Below are positions 1 through 8,645 of a DNA stretch of 24,000 bases, piece after piece (positions within the stretch are counted from its first letter, which is position 1; the number at the start of each line of letters is the position of its first letter). Source of the DNA: Flavobacteriales bacterium. GTDB taxonomy: Bacteria > Bacteroidota > Bacteroidia > Flavobacteriales_F > PHOS-HE28. The DNA is taken from positions 5,716 to 29,715 of the forward strand of contig JADJDP010000033.1 of the NCBI GenBank assembly GCA_016702645.1, written 5' to 3'. The notes under the pieces are model-generated. The model made no database searches, was not told the DNA's origin, and saw only the letters and a list, made by a program, of their open reading frames with translations. The translations under genes were made by a program, and so were the position numbers.

Positions 1-2
1 AG

Positions 3-1034
3 GCCAAGATGGACCAGATCGATCGCATCCTGGCGGAGTTGGAACGCCAGCGGCAGGAAGCGGAACTCGCCGCGGAGCGCAAGCGGCAGTCGGATTCCGA
101 ACAGCGTTCGCACACCAACTCCACCATCGATCCGCGCAAGGTGCAGGAGGCGGAGGAGTTCATGCGCGAAGCGCGCGAACGTGAAGAGCGGGAGAAGTGG
201 GCGCGCATCCAGAAGTTGCGTGACGACCTGGGTGCCGAGGAAGCTTCCAACGCGAGCGATGCACTGCAACGTCGGGACCAGGAAGTGGTCACCAAGCAGC
301 GCATCGAGGAAGGAAGCGCGGGCCTCTACCACGGTGATGAAAGCCGTCGCCAGGTGAGCGCTGCGGAGATACAGGCGCGCAAGGACGCACTGGCAGCATT
401 GGAAGCTCAGCATGTGGAGCGATCGGCACAAGGCAGTGCCCGTAACTACGAGGCCAAGCTCACCATGCAGGATCACTTTGCAGAGCGTGAGAAGAACGCG
501 AGCGAACGCCAGACGAACGCGACCGCTGCAGCAGTGACCACGGCCGAGAACATCCGCAATGCGGAATCGCAGCGGGTGGCACAAGCCAACGAGCGCACCA
601 GCGCACAACGTCGCAATGTGGAGCAGGTGATCGAGCAGCAGGCCGAACAGCAGCGCCGTGGTGCGCTCACCACCGAGGAACGCCTACGGGTGATCGAGGA
701 CGAGAAGCGGAGCGCTTCGGCGCGTGAGGCGGGCTACGTGCAGGGCAGCGAGCAGGCCCGCGCGCGCGCCAAGGAACAACTGGACGCCACGAGCACCGGC
801 CAGCCGCGCACCTTCGCGGAGTTCAACCGCAACAAGCTCGCGCAGGAGTATCCACCGGGTGTTACGGAGGAGAGCTACACCGAAGGCAACAAGGTCATCA
901 TCCGCCGCGTGGTGGTGAACGGCAACAAAGGCGATGAGTACAGCAAGGTGATCGCGAAGTGGGGCGTGTTCTACTTCAAGAACGGCCAGAGCATCACCGA
1001 AGCGATCTGGACGAGGGAGACGGAGGGAGGGTAG
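3..1034 (+). CDS. 5'-truncated (window edge) Glu/Arg/Gln-rich coiled-coil protein with a C-terminal KWG-FYFKNG module; paralog of the 12100..13341 product
   Basis: The frame is open from nt 3, with no stop upstream of the ATG at 9, and stops at 1032-1034. The C-terminal ~45 aa (EGNKVIIRRVVVNGNKGDEYSKVIAKWGVFYFKNGQSITEAIW) aligns with ESGKVTTVVKLESEGVTTEYRRVYHKWGGTFFFKNGATCTQQVY at the end of 12100..13341. Confidence 0.6.
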   Translation, partial: AKMDQIDRILAELERQRQEAELAAERKRQSDSEQRSHTNSTIDPRKVQEAEEFMREAREREEREKWARIQKLRDDLGAEEASNASDALQRRDQEVVTKQRIEEGSAGLYHGDESRRQVSAAEIQARKDALAALEAQHVERSAQGSARNYEAKLTMQDHFAEREKNASERQTNATAAAVTTAENIRNAESQRVAQANERTSAQRRNVEQVIEQQAEQQRRGALTTEERLRVIEDEKRSASAREAGYVQGSEQARARAKEQLDATSTGQPRTFAEFNRNKLAQEYPPGVTEESYTEGNKVIIRRVVVNGNKGDEYSKVIAKWGVFYFKNGQSITEAIWTRETEGG

Positions 1035-1076
1035 TGTTCCGACCAACTTCTTCAGAAGCGGTTTCGGCGACCCGGC

Positions 1077-2611
1077 CTAGCAGTGCGCTTCACCTTCCTC
1101 GCCTTCCTCCAGATTTTTCACCAGGTCCTCGATCTGGTCGGCACTGAGCGATTTGCCAATGAACTTGCGTTCGCCGTCCACCACGAAGAGCTTGGGCGTG
1201 TGCTGAAGACATCGTAGGTATCGGCGTAGTTGAGGCTCTCGAGTGTGGTGTACTTCGGGATGAACTGGCGGGGATCCTTGCGCGCTTCGGTGAACACGGT
1301 GGGTGTGAGGCCCACGTTCACCCAATCGAGCCCCTTGTCGTGGATGAACTTCTTCCAGTCGCGCATGAGGGCGGGCTCCACGGCCTTGGCAACGGCGTAC
1401 ACTTCAATGCCCATCGGACGCAGCTTTTCGGCGTACACCTTGTGGATCTCCGGTAGCTCCTCCTTGCAGTGGCCGCAATGCGGATCCCAGAAGATGATGA
1501 CCACGTACTCCTGTGGCAGGTCGTAGAAGTTGATCCACTTCTCTTCGGTGGTGTCCGTCAGCGCGATGTTGGGCGCCTTCTTGCCCAGCGTGAGCGGCGC
1601 CATCTTCTTGGCGCGGGTGCAGAGTGTGTCGAGTTTGCCGGCATCCATCCAATCCACGCGACTGGGTTGTCCGGGTTTCGGGCAGTAGTAGGTGAGGGCC
1701 ATGTGTACGAACATGGCGTCCATGCCCATGATGTCGCTGGTCTCGAACTTGTGCGTGATGGTATGCACCATGTACTTGAACACCTCGCTCGAGTTCCCGC
1801 ACTTGGCGATAAGCTCATCGGTGAGGCGCGCGATCGTGTCCGGCACCTGCGGGATCACCTTGCTCATGTACTCCTCGAACTTGTTGGCGAAGACAGGGAC
1901 GCGCACGATGCGATCGTCCGTTAGGTCGAAGTTGTCCCAGAAGTGCGCGCGATACTGATAGTACGCGGCGGCGCTGTCCAAACTACCGTCGGCCTTGCGT
2001 GCTTCGGGCAATTCCACCACCATGCTCATGCGCACCAACGAGGCAACGAGCATCCCCGCATTGTTCGCCACGAGATCGCGCTGGTACTGTTTCACCGCGC
2101 TGTCCAACTTCGTCATCTCGGCCTTCACTGCACTACGACCGATGGGGTCCTTGGCACCGTCCAGCCGTGCGCGCAAGGCATCACCTTGCAACTTGCGTTC
2201 GTTCAGGAAGCGTATGTAGCCGATGAAGAACTCGTTCTCCTTGCTCTGCTTAACCTGCAAGGCGGGGAGGAGATCGTCCTTCTTCGTGGCCAGTTTGATC
2301 ACCGGCTCGTTCACGATCAGCTCGAAGTACTTCGGGCCCGGCACTACCACGGCGTACACACCGGCCTTGTAGCCCTTCGGATCCTTGAAGGTCACGTTGC
2401 CCTTGGCGTCTGCGTATGCAGTGTCAGCGTAGTAGAGCTTGTTGCCGTAGTAGTTGGCCAAGTAGATCGTGTCCTTGGCCGCCCCCTCGATGTGTACTTC
2501 GATCGTTCGCTTGGGATCACCACCTTCTTTGGCAGGACTTCCAGCTTGCGCGTTGGAGCCGAACGTGGCGACAGAGAACAGGGTCGAAAGGACGAGGACT
2601 TTTTCCATCAT
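1077..2611 (-). pseudogene. TlpA/ResA-like thioredoxin-fold thiol:disulfide oxidoreductase with a Bacteroidota-type N-terminal extension; frame-broken near 1197-1204 (true pseudogene or sequence error)
   Basis: Signal peptide MMEKVLVLSTLFSVATFGSNAQA. CxxC motif in FWDPHCGHCKEELP. The family motif Y-D-V-F-S-T|P-K-L-F-V-V-D is split between ORF 1118..2635 (ends ...YDVFSTRPSSS) and ORF 1077..1325 (...TPKLFVVDGERKFIGKSLSADQIEDLVKNL). The AHFWDNFD region is typical of Bacteroidota thioredoxin-like lipoproteins. Confidence 0.8.
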
Positions 2612-2616
2612 GGCGG

Positions 2617-2624
2617 CAAAAATA
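2617..2624 (-). promoter_or_regulatory. Bacteroidota -7 promoter box TATTTTTG (exact TAnnTTTG)
   Basis: The plus strand reads caaaaata and the minus strand TATTTTTG. It lies only 5 nt upstream of the ATG at 2611 of the thioredoxin-like gene. Such an AT-rich octamer should be uncommon in this GC-rich sequence. Confidence 0.4.
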
Positions 2625-2727
2625 GGATCGTGCACTGTGCGTCTTCCAAGGACCGTTCCACCGGTTGACCGACTTCTACGCAGGTCGGTGTCCGACGTGC
2701 CGTTAAGAAATGCAAAGCCGGTACCGG

Positions 2728-4336
2728 TCAGTAGCGGCTAGAGGTGACCTCGGTCTTGAACTCGCTGGTGGTGTGGAAAGTGATCGACGGGTTGTTGCGC
2801 CGCTCCAGGTCGAGCATGTATGCGCTGGGAGCCATGAAGACCGGATTGTCGTCCTTGTCCTGCACGATCTGCTGGGCCTTCACGCGGATGAAGCGTTCGA
2901 GTTCTTCGGGATCGGTACTGGTCATCCAGCAGGCCTTGTAAGCTTGGATCTGTTGGAACGCGCACTTGGCGCCGTACTCATGCTCCAACCGGTAGGCGAT
3001 CACCTCGAACTGCAGATCGCCCACGCAGCCCACGATCTTCTTGTTGCCTGGCTGTTGGGTGAATAGTTGCGCAACGCCTTCGTCCGTGAGCTGGCGGATG
3101 CCCTTGTCGAGTTGTTTGCTCTTCATCGGGTCCTGGTTCACCAGCTCGCGGAAGAGTTCGGGTGAGAAGGCGGGGATGCCCCGGAAGTTGAACTTGGCCC
3201 CATCGGTGAGCGTGTCGCCGATCTTGAAGTTGCCGGTGTCGAACAGCCCGATGACATCACCAGGCCATGCCTCGTCCACGATGGTTTTGGCGGCGGCAAG
3301 GAAGTTCGTTGGCGTTGCAAAGCGGACCTGTTTGTCCAGGCGCACATGATGGTAGTAGGTGTTCCGCTGGAATTGGCCGGAACACACGCGCAGGAAGGCA
3401 ATGCGGTCGCGGTGCCGGGGATCCATGTTCGCCTGGATCTTGAAGACGAAGCCGCTGAAGCGCGGATCGTCCGGAGCGATCTCACCCTGATCCGTTGGTC
3501 GTGGGCCGGGGGATGGCGCGATGCCCACGAACGCGTCGAGCACCTCCTTCACCCCGAAGTTGTTGAACGCACTGCCGAAGAAGACCGGCGCGATGCGGCC
3601 CGCGCGGTACGCTTCCACGCTGAGCGGCTCGTACACGCCTTCGATGAGGTCCACATCCTCCCGCAACTGGTTCGTGCCGTCCTCCCCGAGGTGCTCCACC
3701 AACGCAGGGTCATGCACATCGTTGATGCGCACGCTGCTCTGTTCAACCTTGGTCTTGCCGGGATCGAAGAGGCGCAGGCTTTTGCTGTACATATCGTACA
3801 CACCTTGGAACGTAGCCCCAATTCCGATGGGCCAACTCATGGGACGCACCTTGATCGAGAGCTTGTCCTCCAGTTCGTCGAGAAGATCGAACGGGTCGCG
3901 GCCCTTCGAGGTCAAGCTTGTTGATGAAGACGATGACCGGCGTGTTGCGCATGCGGCACACTTCCATCAGGCGCTCGGTCTGTGCTTCCACGCCCTTGAC
4001 GCAATCGATCACCAGCACCACGCTGTCCACTGCCGTGAGCGTGCGGTAGGTGTCCTCGGCGAAGTCCCGGTGACCGGGTGTATCAAGCAGGTTGATGAGC
4101 TTGCCGCCGTACTCGAAGGTCATCACCGAGGTGCTCACGCTGATACCGCGTTGCCGTTCGATCTCCATGAAGTCGCTCGTGGCGCCGCGGCGGATCTTGT
4201 TGCTCTTCACCGCGCCTGCGGTTTGGATGGCGCCGCCGTACAGCAGGAGCTTCTCCGTGAGCGTGGTCTTGCCGGCGTCCGGGTGACTGATGATGGCGAA
4301 CGTGCGCCGGTGTTCGATGGCTTCGGTCAGGCCCAT
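2728..4336 (-). pseudogene. prfC: Peptide chain release factor 3 (RF3 GTPase), frame-broken near 3895-3910 (apparent extra base in the C-run 3902-3904)
   Basis: The N-terminal ORF carries the GTPase motifs [17 protein letters not shown] and FINKLD. The C-terminal ORF continues [29 protein letters not shown], as RF3 does. The junction reads ...INKLDLEG|RDPFD... only if one nucleotide is removed. The start at 4336 ([16 protein letters not shown]) was chosen for its spacing to the -7 box; ATG 4351 is an alternative. Confidence 0.9.
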
Positions 4337-4361
4337 TGGTGGGATCCCCATAACGGGGCGG

Positions 4362-4369
4362 CAAATGTA
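4362..4369 (-). promoter_or_regulatory. Bacteroidota -7 promoter box TACATTTG for prfC
   Basis: The plus strand reads caaatgta, whose reverse complement TACATTTG is an exact TAnnTTTG match. It lies 25 nt upstream of the ATG at 4336. Confidence 0.5.
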
Positions 4370-4411
4370 TCCGTTGGTCGATGTGGGGGACGGCGCGATG
4401 GAACGCCTGCC

Positions 4412-4419
4412 TAGATTTG
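4412..4419 (+). promoter_or_regulatory. Bacteroidota -7 promoter box TAGATTTG for the sugar dehydrogenase gene
   Basis: Exact TAnnTTTG match 21 nt upstream of the ATG at 4441. It is divergent from the prfC box 43 nt away. Confidence 0.5.
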
Positions 4420-4440
4420 GCCAAACCTGCTTCCCAAACC

Positions 4441-6067
4441 ATGTTACGTACCCTTCTCCCGCTCGCAGCGGGATGCCTGCTGCTTTCGGCGCAGGCCCAG
4501 ACCTCTTCACCTGTCGCGCTCCAGTTGGTACAAGTGGCCACCGGCCTCACGCGCATCACGGACATCAGCCATTGCGATGACGACCGACTTTTTCTCACCC
4601 TTCAGGCGGGCGTTATCCGCATCCTGGACGGGAACGAGCAGTTGGTCGCTACGCCTTTCCTCACCATCACGGACCGTGTGAACGATGGTGGCAATGAACA
4701 AGGCCTTCTGGGTCTGGCCTTTGCGCCGGACTATGCGACGAGCGGTTTCTTCTACGTGCACTACACGGCCGGCACAGGCAATGGAAGCTCGCGTGTTTCA
4801 CGTTTCAGCGTAACGAACGACCCCAACGTGGCGGATCCGGCGAGCGAGGAGATCCTCTTCACCTGGCCCCAGCCGTTCAGCAACCACAATGGTGGTGATC
4901 TGGATTTCGGCGCGGACGGTTATCTGTACATCGGCTTGGGCGATGGCGGCAGTGCAGGTGATCCGCAAGGCAACGCCCAGGACCTTTCCGATCCGCTCGG
5001 CGACATACTGCGCATCGATGTGAGCGACCCCGACACCACGTACACCGTTCCGGCGGACAACCCGTTCGCGACCGTGACCAACGATACCATGCCCGAGATC
5101 TGGGCGAGCGGGCTGCGCAACCCGTATCGTTTCGGGTTCGATGCGTTGACCGGCGATCTCTGGATCGGGGACGTCGGACAGAACGCTTACGAAGAAGTGG
5201 ACTTCTGGCCCGCCGGTGATAACAGCCACGCCAACTTCGGCTGGCGCTGCTATGAAGGCAACACGGCGTACAATACTGCTGGTTGCACGGCAGCGAGCAC
5301 CTACGATGCAGCAGCGACGGTACACACCCAGTCCGCTCAAGGTTGGTGCTCGGTCATCGGCGGACGTGTGTACCGAGGCGATAGCTACTGGCGCATCGAA
5401 GGCCGCTTCATCTATACCGACTATTGCGGTGGCCACTTCTATTCGCTTGTTCCGAACGGGCCGGGCGCATGGACCCGCACCCAGTTGCTTTCCTCCGGGC
5501 AATTCGGATTCTCATGCATCGGTGAGAACAGCGCGTTGGAATTGTATGTGGGCAACAACGAGTCCGATGTCCTCTACAAGATCAAGGAGACCTGCGTGGA
5601 TACCATCCCGACCATCACCTCCAACGGCAATGTCATCACCAGCACGGTTGCGACCGGGTACCAGTGGTATTTGAACGGAGCGGTCATCACCAGGAGCGAC
5701 CGGTCAAAGCCATACCGCAGTGGCCTCTGGCTACTACTCGGTGCTGGCCAGTTTCGGTGGCGGTTGCCAGCTCGCCTCCGACACCACGTGGGTGAGCTTG
5801 GTCGGCATCGAGGACATGGATGCAAGCAAGGTCACTGTTCGCCCAAATCCTGCCCATGACGTGCTCCGTGTGGATGGGCTCGACCCAGCGGTAGGTGAGG
5901 TGCTGTTGGTGGATGCCTCCGGCCGCACAGTGTTCCAAGCCACGCACAGCGGTGCCGGCACGGTGGGCATTCCGGTTGCCGAGCTGGCCAATGGAGCCTA
6001 CAACATGCTCGTGCGCGATGCTGCCGGAGCGGTGGTGGTGCGTAGACCGGTGGTTGTGCAGCACTGA
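4441..6067 (+). pseudogene. Secreted PQQ-dependent sugar (glucose/sorbosone) dehydrogenase-type beta-propeller with a T9SS C-terminal sorting domain, frame-broken near 5688-5693
   Basis: Signal peptide [24 protein letters not shown]-family motifs GLLGLAFAPDY, HNGGDLDFGADGYLYIGLGDGGSAGDPQGNAQD, LRNPYRFGFD and NFGWRCYEG. The distal frame (5720..6067) encodes a type-A sorting domain, KVTVRPNPAHDVLRVDGL...LLVDASGRTV...LANGAYNMLVRD. Removing one nucleotide gives YQWYLNGAVITGATGQSHTAVASGYYSV, a typical linker repeat. Confidence 0.85.
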
Positions 6068-6083
6068 TCGCCACGAACCCCGT

Positions 6084-6113
6084 GAACGCCGGTGGGCTCA
6101 TCCACCGGCGTTC
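6084..6113 (+). terminator. Rho-independent terminator of the dehydrogenase gene
   Basis: Perfect 12-bp stem gaacgccggtgg / ccaccggcgttc with a 6-nt loop (gctcat), followed by the U-rich tail gcgtttctgtt. It begins 17 nt after the stop codon. Confidence 0.75.
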
Positions 6114-6185
6114 GCGTTTCTGTTACTTCCGGTTAACACGCGGGTTGGCGACGATCCGATACCTTGCCTGCAAGCACCCATCAAC

Positions 6186-8141
6186 ATGCGTATCAGTACC
6201 CTCGTCCTTTTCTCGCTTTTCGTCGCAGTCACTCAGGCGCAAACGGTCCTCTTCAACGAGGATTTCGAGAGTTCACCGGCCTTCACCCTCAACACCACCG
6301 ATGCCGCTTCGACCGTGGGCATCTGGAACACCTGGGTGATAAACAACAGCTACACCGGCGGTGATGGTGATGTGGTCTGTCTCGGCTTTCCGTTCACCTA
6401 TTCCATCGTGAACACACCTGCACAACCCGGGGGGATCAGCACGCCCAACGGCAACTATCTGCACACCGCCAGCGTGGAGGGCATCGCGGACGGTATCACC
6501 TGCTGCTCCTTCGGTGCCGCCGATGGTTTCTGCATTACCGCCGACAACACGTTCAGCCGCATGAGCACCGATGTGGGCACATTGGGCAGCGCCGATGTGG
6601 AGTTGAAGTTCTGGTGGCTTTGCCAGGGTGGCAGCACCTTCTACGGACAGGTGTACTACAGCACCGACGGTGGAACCAATTGGACGAATGTGGGTACCCA
6701 ATACAACCTGCAAGGCTCTTGGACGGAACAGACCGTGACACTTCCCGCGTTCGGCAACCAAGCCACCTTGCGTTTCGGCTTCCGCTTCGTCAATAGCGTT
6801 GGCTTGGGTGCGCTGGATCCCGGCTTCGGCATCGACGATGTACGCATCACCGCTTCCGCAGCGGTACCAAACAGCATCACCACGAACGCCATTTCGCCCA
6901 CGGCGTATTGCCAAGAGGCTTCCCTTTCGGTGCCCTTCACCGCAGTGGGAACCTTCAATGCAGGTAACATTTTCAGAGCCGAGTTGAGCGATGCCAGCGG
7001 AAGTTTCGCAGTACCCGTGCAGATAGGCACGCTTACCAGCACCGTATCCGGAACGATCATCTGCACTATTCCTGCGCTCACTCCGGTTGGCACTGCTTAC
7101 CGTGTGCGCGTAGTGGCCAGTAATCCCATCACCGTGGGCCTTGTCAACACAGCGGACATCAGTGTGAGCGCCGCACCATGGGCCGGTGCGGATGATCAAG
7201 TGACCCTGTGCAAGAACTCCGGCATTTATGACCTGCTGCAATTCTTGCCTTGGGCTTGGAGCTGTGGTACGTGGACTGGGCCCCTCGGATCTTTCAGTGG
7301 CCAACTGAACACAGCGAGCGATCTGGGCGGCATATATACCTATACCACCAACTGTCCAGGAGGTTGCCCGCAGGATGCTGCCACGCTCACGATCGCCTTG
7401 CAGGATCCTGCCAACGCCGGCAGCGATGTTGCCACCTCGCTTTGTTCCAACAGCACCCCCGTTCCGCTCATCAGCTACGTGGATGGTGGTGACCTCACGG
7501 GGATCTTCTTCTACAACGGGGCACCCACTACCGGAAGCCAGTTGAGCACACCCGGCACCTACGACCTGGAGTATGTTGTGTTCGGCACTGCGCCATGCGG
7601 GAACGACACGGCCGGTTTCACGTTCACGGTGAACGCACCTCCGAATGCGGGCACGAGCACCAGTGCGACCATCTGCCAGAACGATGGACCGACGGCGCTC
7701 ATCAACCTCCTGGGCGGCTCGCCCCAGCTGAACGGGACATGGACAGGACCCGCTGGGGGCTTGGTAACAGGTATCCTCAACCCAGCCACCGATGCATCCG
7801 GCCTATACACCTATACCGTGAACGGCACCCCCCCTTGTGCGGATGCTCAAGCGTTCGTTGCGGTGGTGATCGACCCGTGCTCCGGCGTGTTGGAGCATGC
7901 CGATGGACTCGGTGGTATGCAGTGGCTTGGGCAGGAGGGAAGTGAACATGTCATCCTCGTCGGGGGAACGGTGACCTACTTCGAACTGCTTGATCTCTCG
8001 GGCCGCAGTGTTGCGCGTTTCAATGGTCCGTTCGGAGCCGGTCGCGTGCGGATCGACCTTGCCGCGAACGGTGGTGGTCATTACGTGCTGCGTTCCGGCA
8101 ACAACCCATCGAACACGCTGCGTTTACTGCACGTTCGTTAG
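6186..8141 (+). CDS. Secreted adhesin-like protein: N-terminal MAM/jelly-roll-like domain, Ig-like domain, three ~77-aa Cys-bracketed repeats and a divergent T9SS-like C-terminal domain
   Basis: Signal peptide MRISTLVLFSLFVAVTQAQ. NEDFES...GFGIDDVRI resembles MAM or choice-of-anchor domains. The FRAELSDASGSFAVPVQIG...YRVRVVAS motif is common in Bacteroidota surface proteins. Repeats start near 7198, 7427 and 7659, each with a xNAGxD..(L/I)C lead-in. The C-terminus FELLDLSGRSVARF...HYVLRS...LRLLHVR is sorting-domain-like. Confidence 0.8.
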   Translation: MRISTLVLFSLFVAVTQAQTVLFNEDFESSPAFTLNTTDAASTVGIWNTWVINNSYTGGDGDVVCLGFPFTYSIVNTPAQPGGISTPNGNYLHTASVEGIADGITCCSFGAADGFCITADNTFSRMSTDVGTLGSADVELKFWWLCQGGSTFYGQVYYSTDGGTNWTNVGTQYNLQGSWTEQTVTLPAFGNQATLRFGFRFVNSVGLGALDPGFGIDDVRITASAAVPNSITTNAISPTAYCQEASLSVPFTAVGTFNAGNIFRAELSDASGSFAVPVQIGTLTSTVSGTIICTIPALTPVGTAYRVRVVASNPITVGLVNTADISVSAAPWAGADDQVTLCKNSGIYDLLQFLPWAWSCGTWTGPLGSFSGQLNTASDLGGIYTYTTNCPGGCPQDAATLTIALQDPANAGSDVATSLCSNSTPVPLISYVDGGDLTGIFFYNGAPTTGSQLSTPGTYDLEYVVFGTAPCGNDTAGFTFTVNAPPNAGTSTSATICQNDGPTALINLLGGSPQLNGTWTGPAGGLVTGILNPATDASGLYTYTVNGTPPCADAQAFVAVVIDPCSGVLEHADGLGGMQWLGQEGSEHVILVGGTVTYFELLDLSGRSVARFNGPFGAGRVRIDLAANGGGHYVLRSGNNPSNTLRLLHVR

Positions 8142-8453
8142 GCCGGTGCACAAGTTGTGCATAACGCGAGGGGGTGAAAATTGGAAGCCACTTGCGCGCA
8201 AGGCTACGTTCGTACCACTAACGTTCATTGAAGCCGGTCCTGCGAGGTCCGGATCGTTCGGGAGGAAATGTGGATCGAAGCTGACGACGTCCTCGGACGC
8301 TGTCGCACCTGGTAAGAGGTCATGCGCAACGGTCTACACGGTAGCATGCCAGCCATGTGGCCAACCACCTGATGATCCACGCGCCGTTGCCGCAAGGGAA
8401 CGGAGCGAGGTTGAAGAACGAAGGGCATGCGATAGGCCAAGGCCCATCGGATG

Positions 8454-8494
8454 GGAGCGGGGGGCGCCGAAGAGGCGCTCCCCGCTTCGCTTTT
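8454..8494 (+). terminator. GC-rich 15-bp hairpin plus short U tract; terminator-like element inside the 504-bp non-coding gap
   Basis: Nucleotides 8454-8468 (ggagcggggggcgcc) pair with 8474-8488 (ggcgctccccgcttc), giving 13 Watson-Crick and 2 GU pairs with loop gaaga. The hairpin is followed by gcttttg. It lies 313 nt downstream of the stop at 8141 and 158 nt upstream of phoH2. Confidence 0.45.
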
Positions 8495-8615
8495 GTGGTC
8501 GTGCCATCCGCTGGTAGGTCCGCATGCCGCGCTGTTGCTGGCGATGCGCACCATGAACACGATCGATCGTTCAAAAGTGCCATTGCACGCGACCATGCAC
8601 CGATCGGTGCCCCGA

Positions 8616-8623
8616 TACTTTTG
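8616..8623 (+). promoter_or_regulatory. Bacteroidota -7 promoter box TACTTTTG for the PIN-PhoH gene
   Basis: Exact TAnnTTTG match 22 nt upstream of the ATG at 8646. The spacing matches that of the prfC and dehydrogenase boxes. Confidence 0.5.
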
Positions 8624-8645
8624 AAGCACACCGTTCATTGAGAGA

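Noticed and set aside
3743-3915. Programmed +1 frameshifting in prfC, by analogy with prfB.
   Set aside because: There is no in-frame stop codon or slippery/SD-like cassette at the junction, and the zero frame runs on for ~55 codons. A simple 1-nt insertion explains it better.
8168-8215. Cobalamin-riboswitch-like string GGGGGUGAAAAUUGGAAGCCACU...GCUAC.
   Set aside because: Only a fragment resembles the GGUGAAAAUCC core. There is no B12-box context or flanking helices, and neither neighbouring gene (adhesin, PhoH2) is related to B12.
8225-8560. Possible RNase P RNA, SRP (4.5S) RNA or tmRNA in the 504-bp gap. The cues were GGGAGGAAAUG, GGUAAGAGGUC and AGGUCCGGA strings.
   Set aside because: The universally conserved cores are absent. 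There is no GAGGAAAGUCCGGGC / ACAGAA..CGGCUUA pair for RNase P. There is no GGAA-tetraloop GGAAGCAGC motif for SRP. There is no tRNA-like 3' end or ...YALAA tag reading frame for tmRNA. The resemblances are short and may be chance.
8357-8641. 94-aa ORF ending 5 nt before the phoH2 ATG, considered as a PhoAT-like antitoxin.
   Set aside because: Its composition is Gly/Arg/His/Ala-rich and GC3 falls in its second half. It contains the big hairpin and the phoH2 -7 promoter box, so it would not be co-transcribed in the expected way. It is kept only as a remote possibility under the gap finding.
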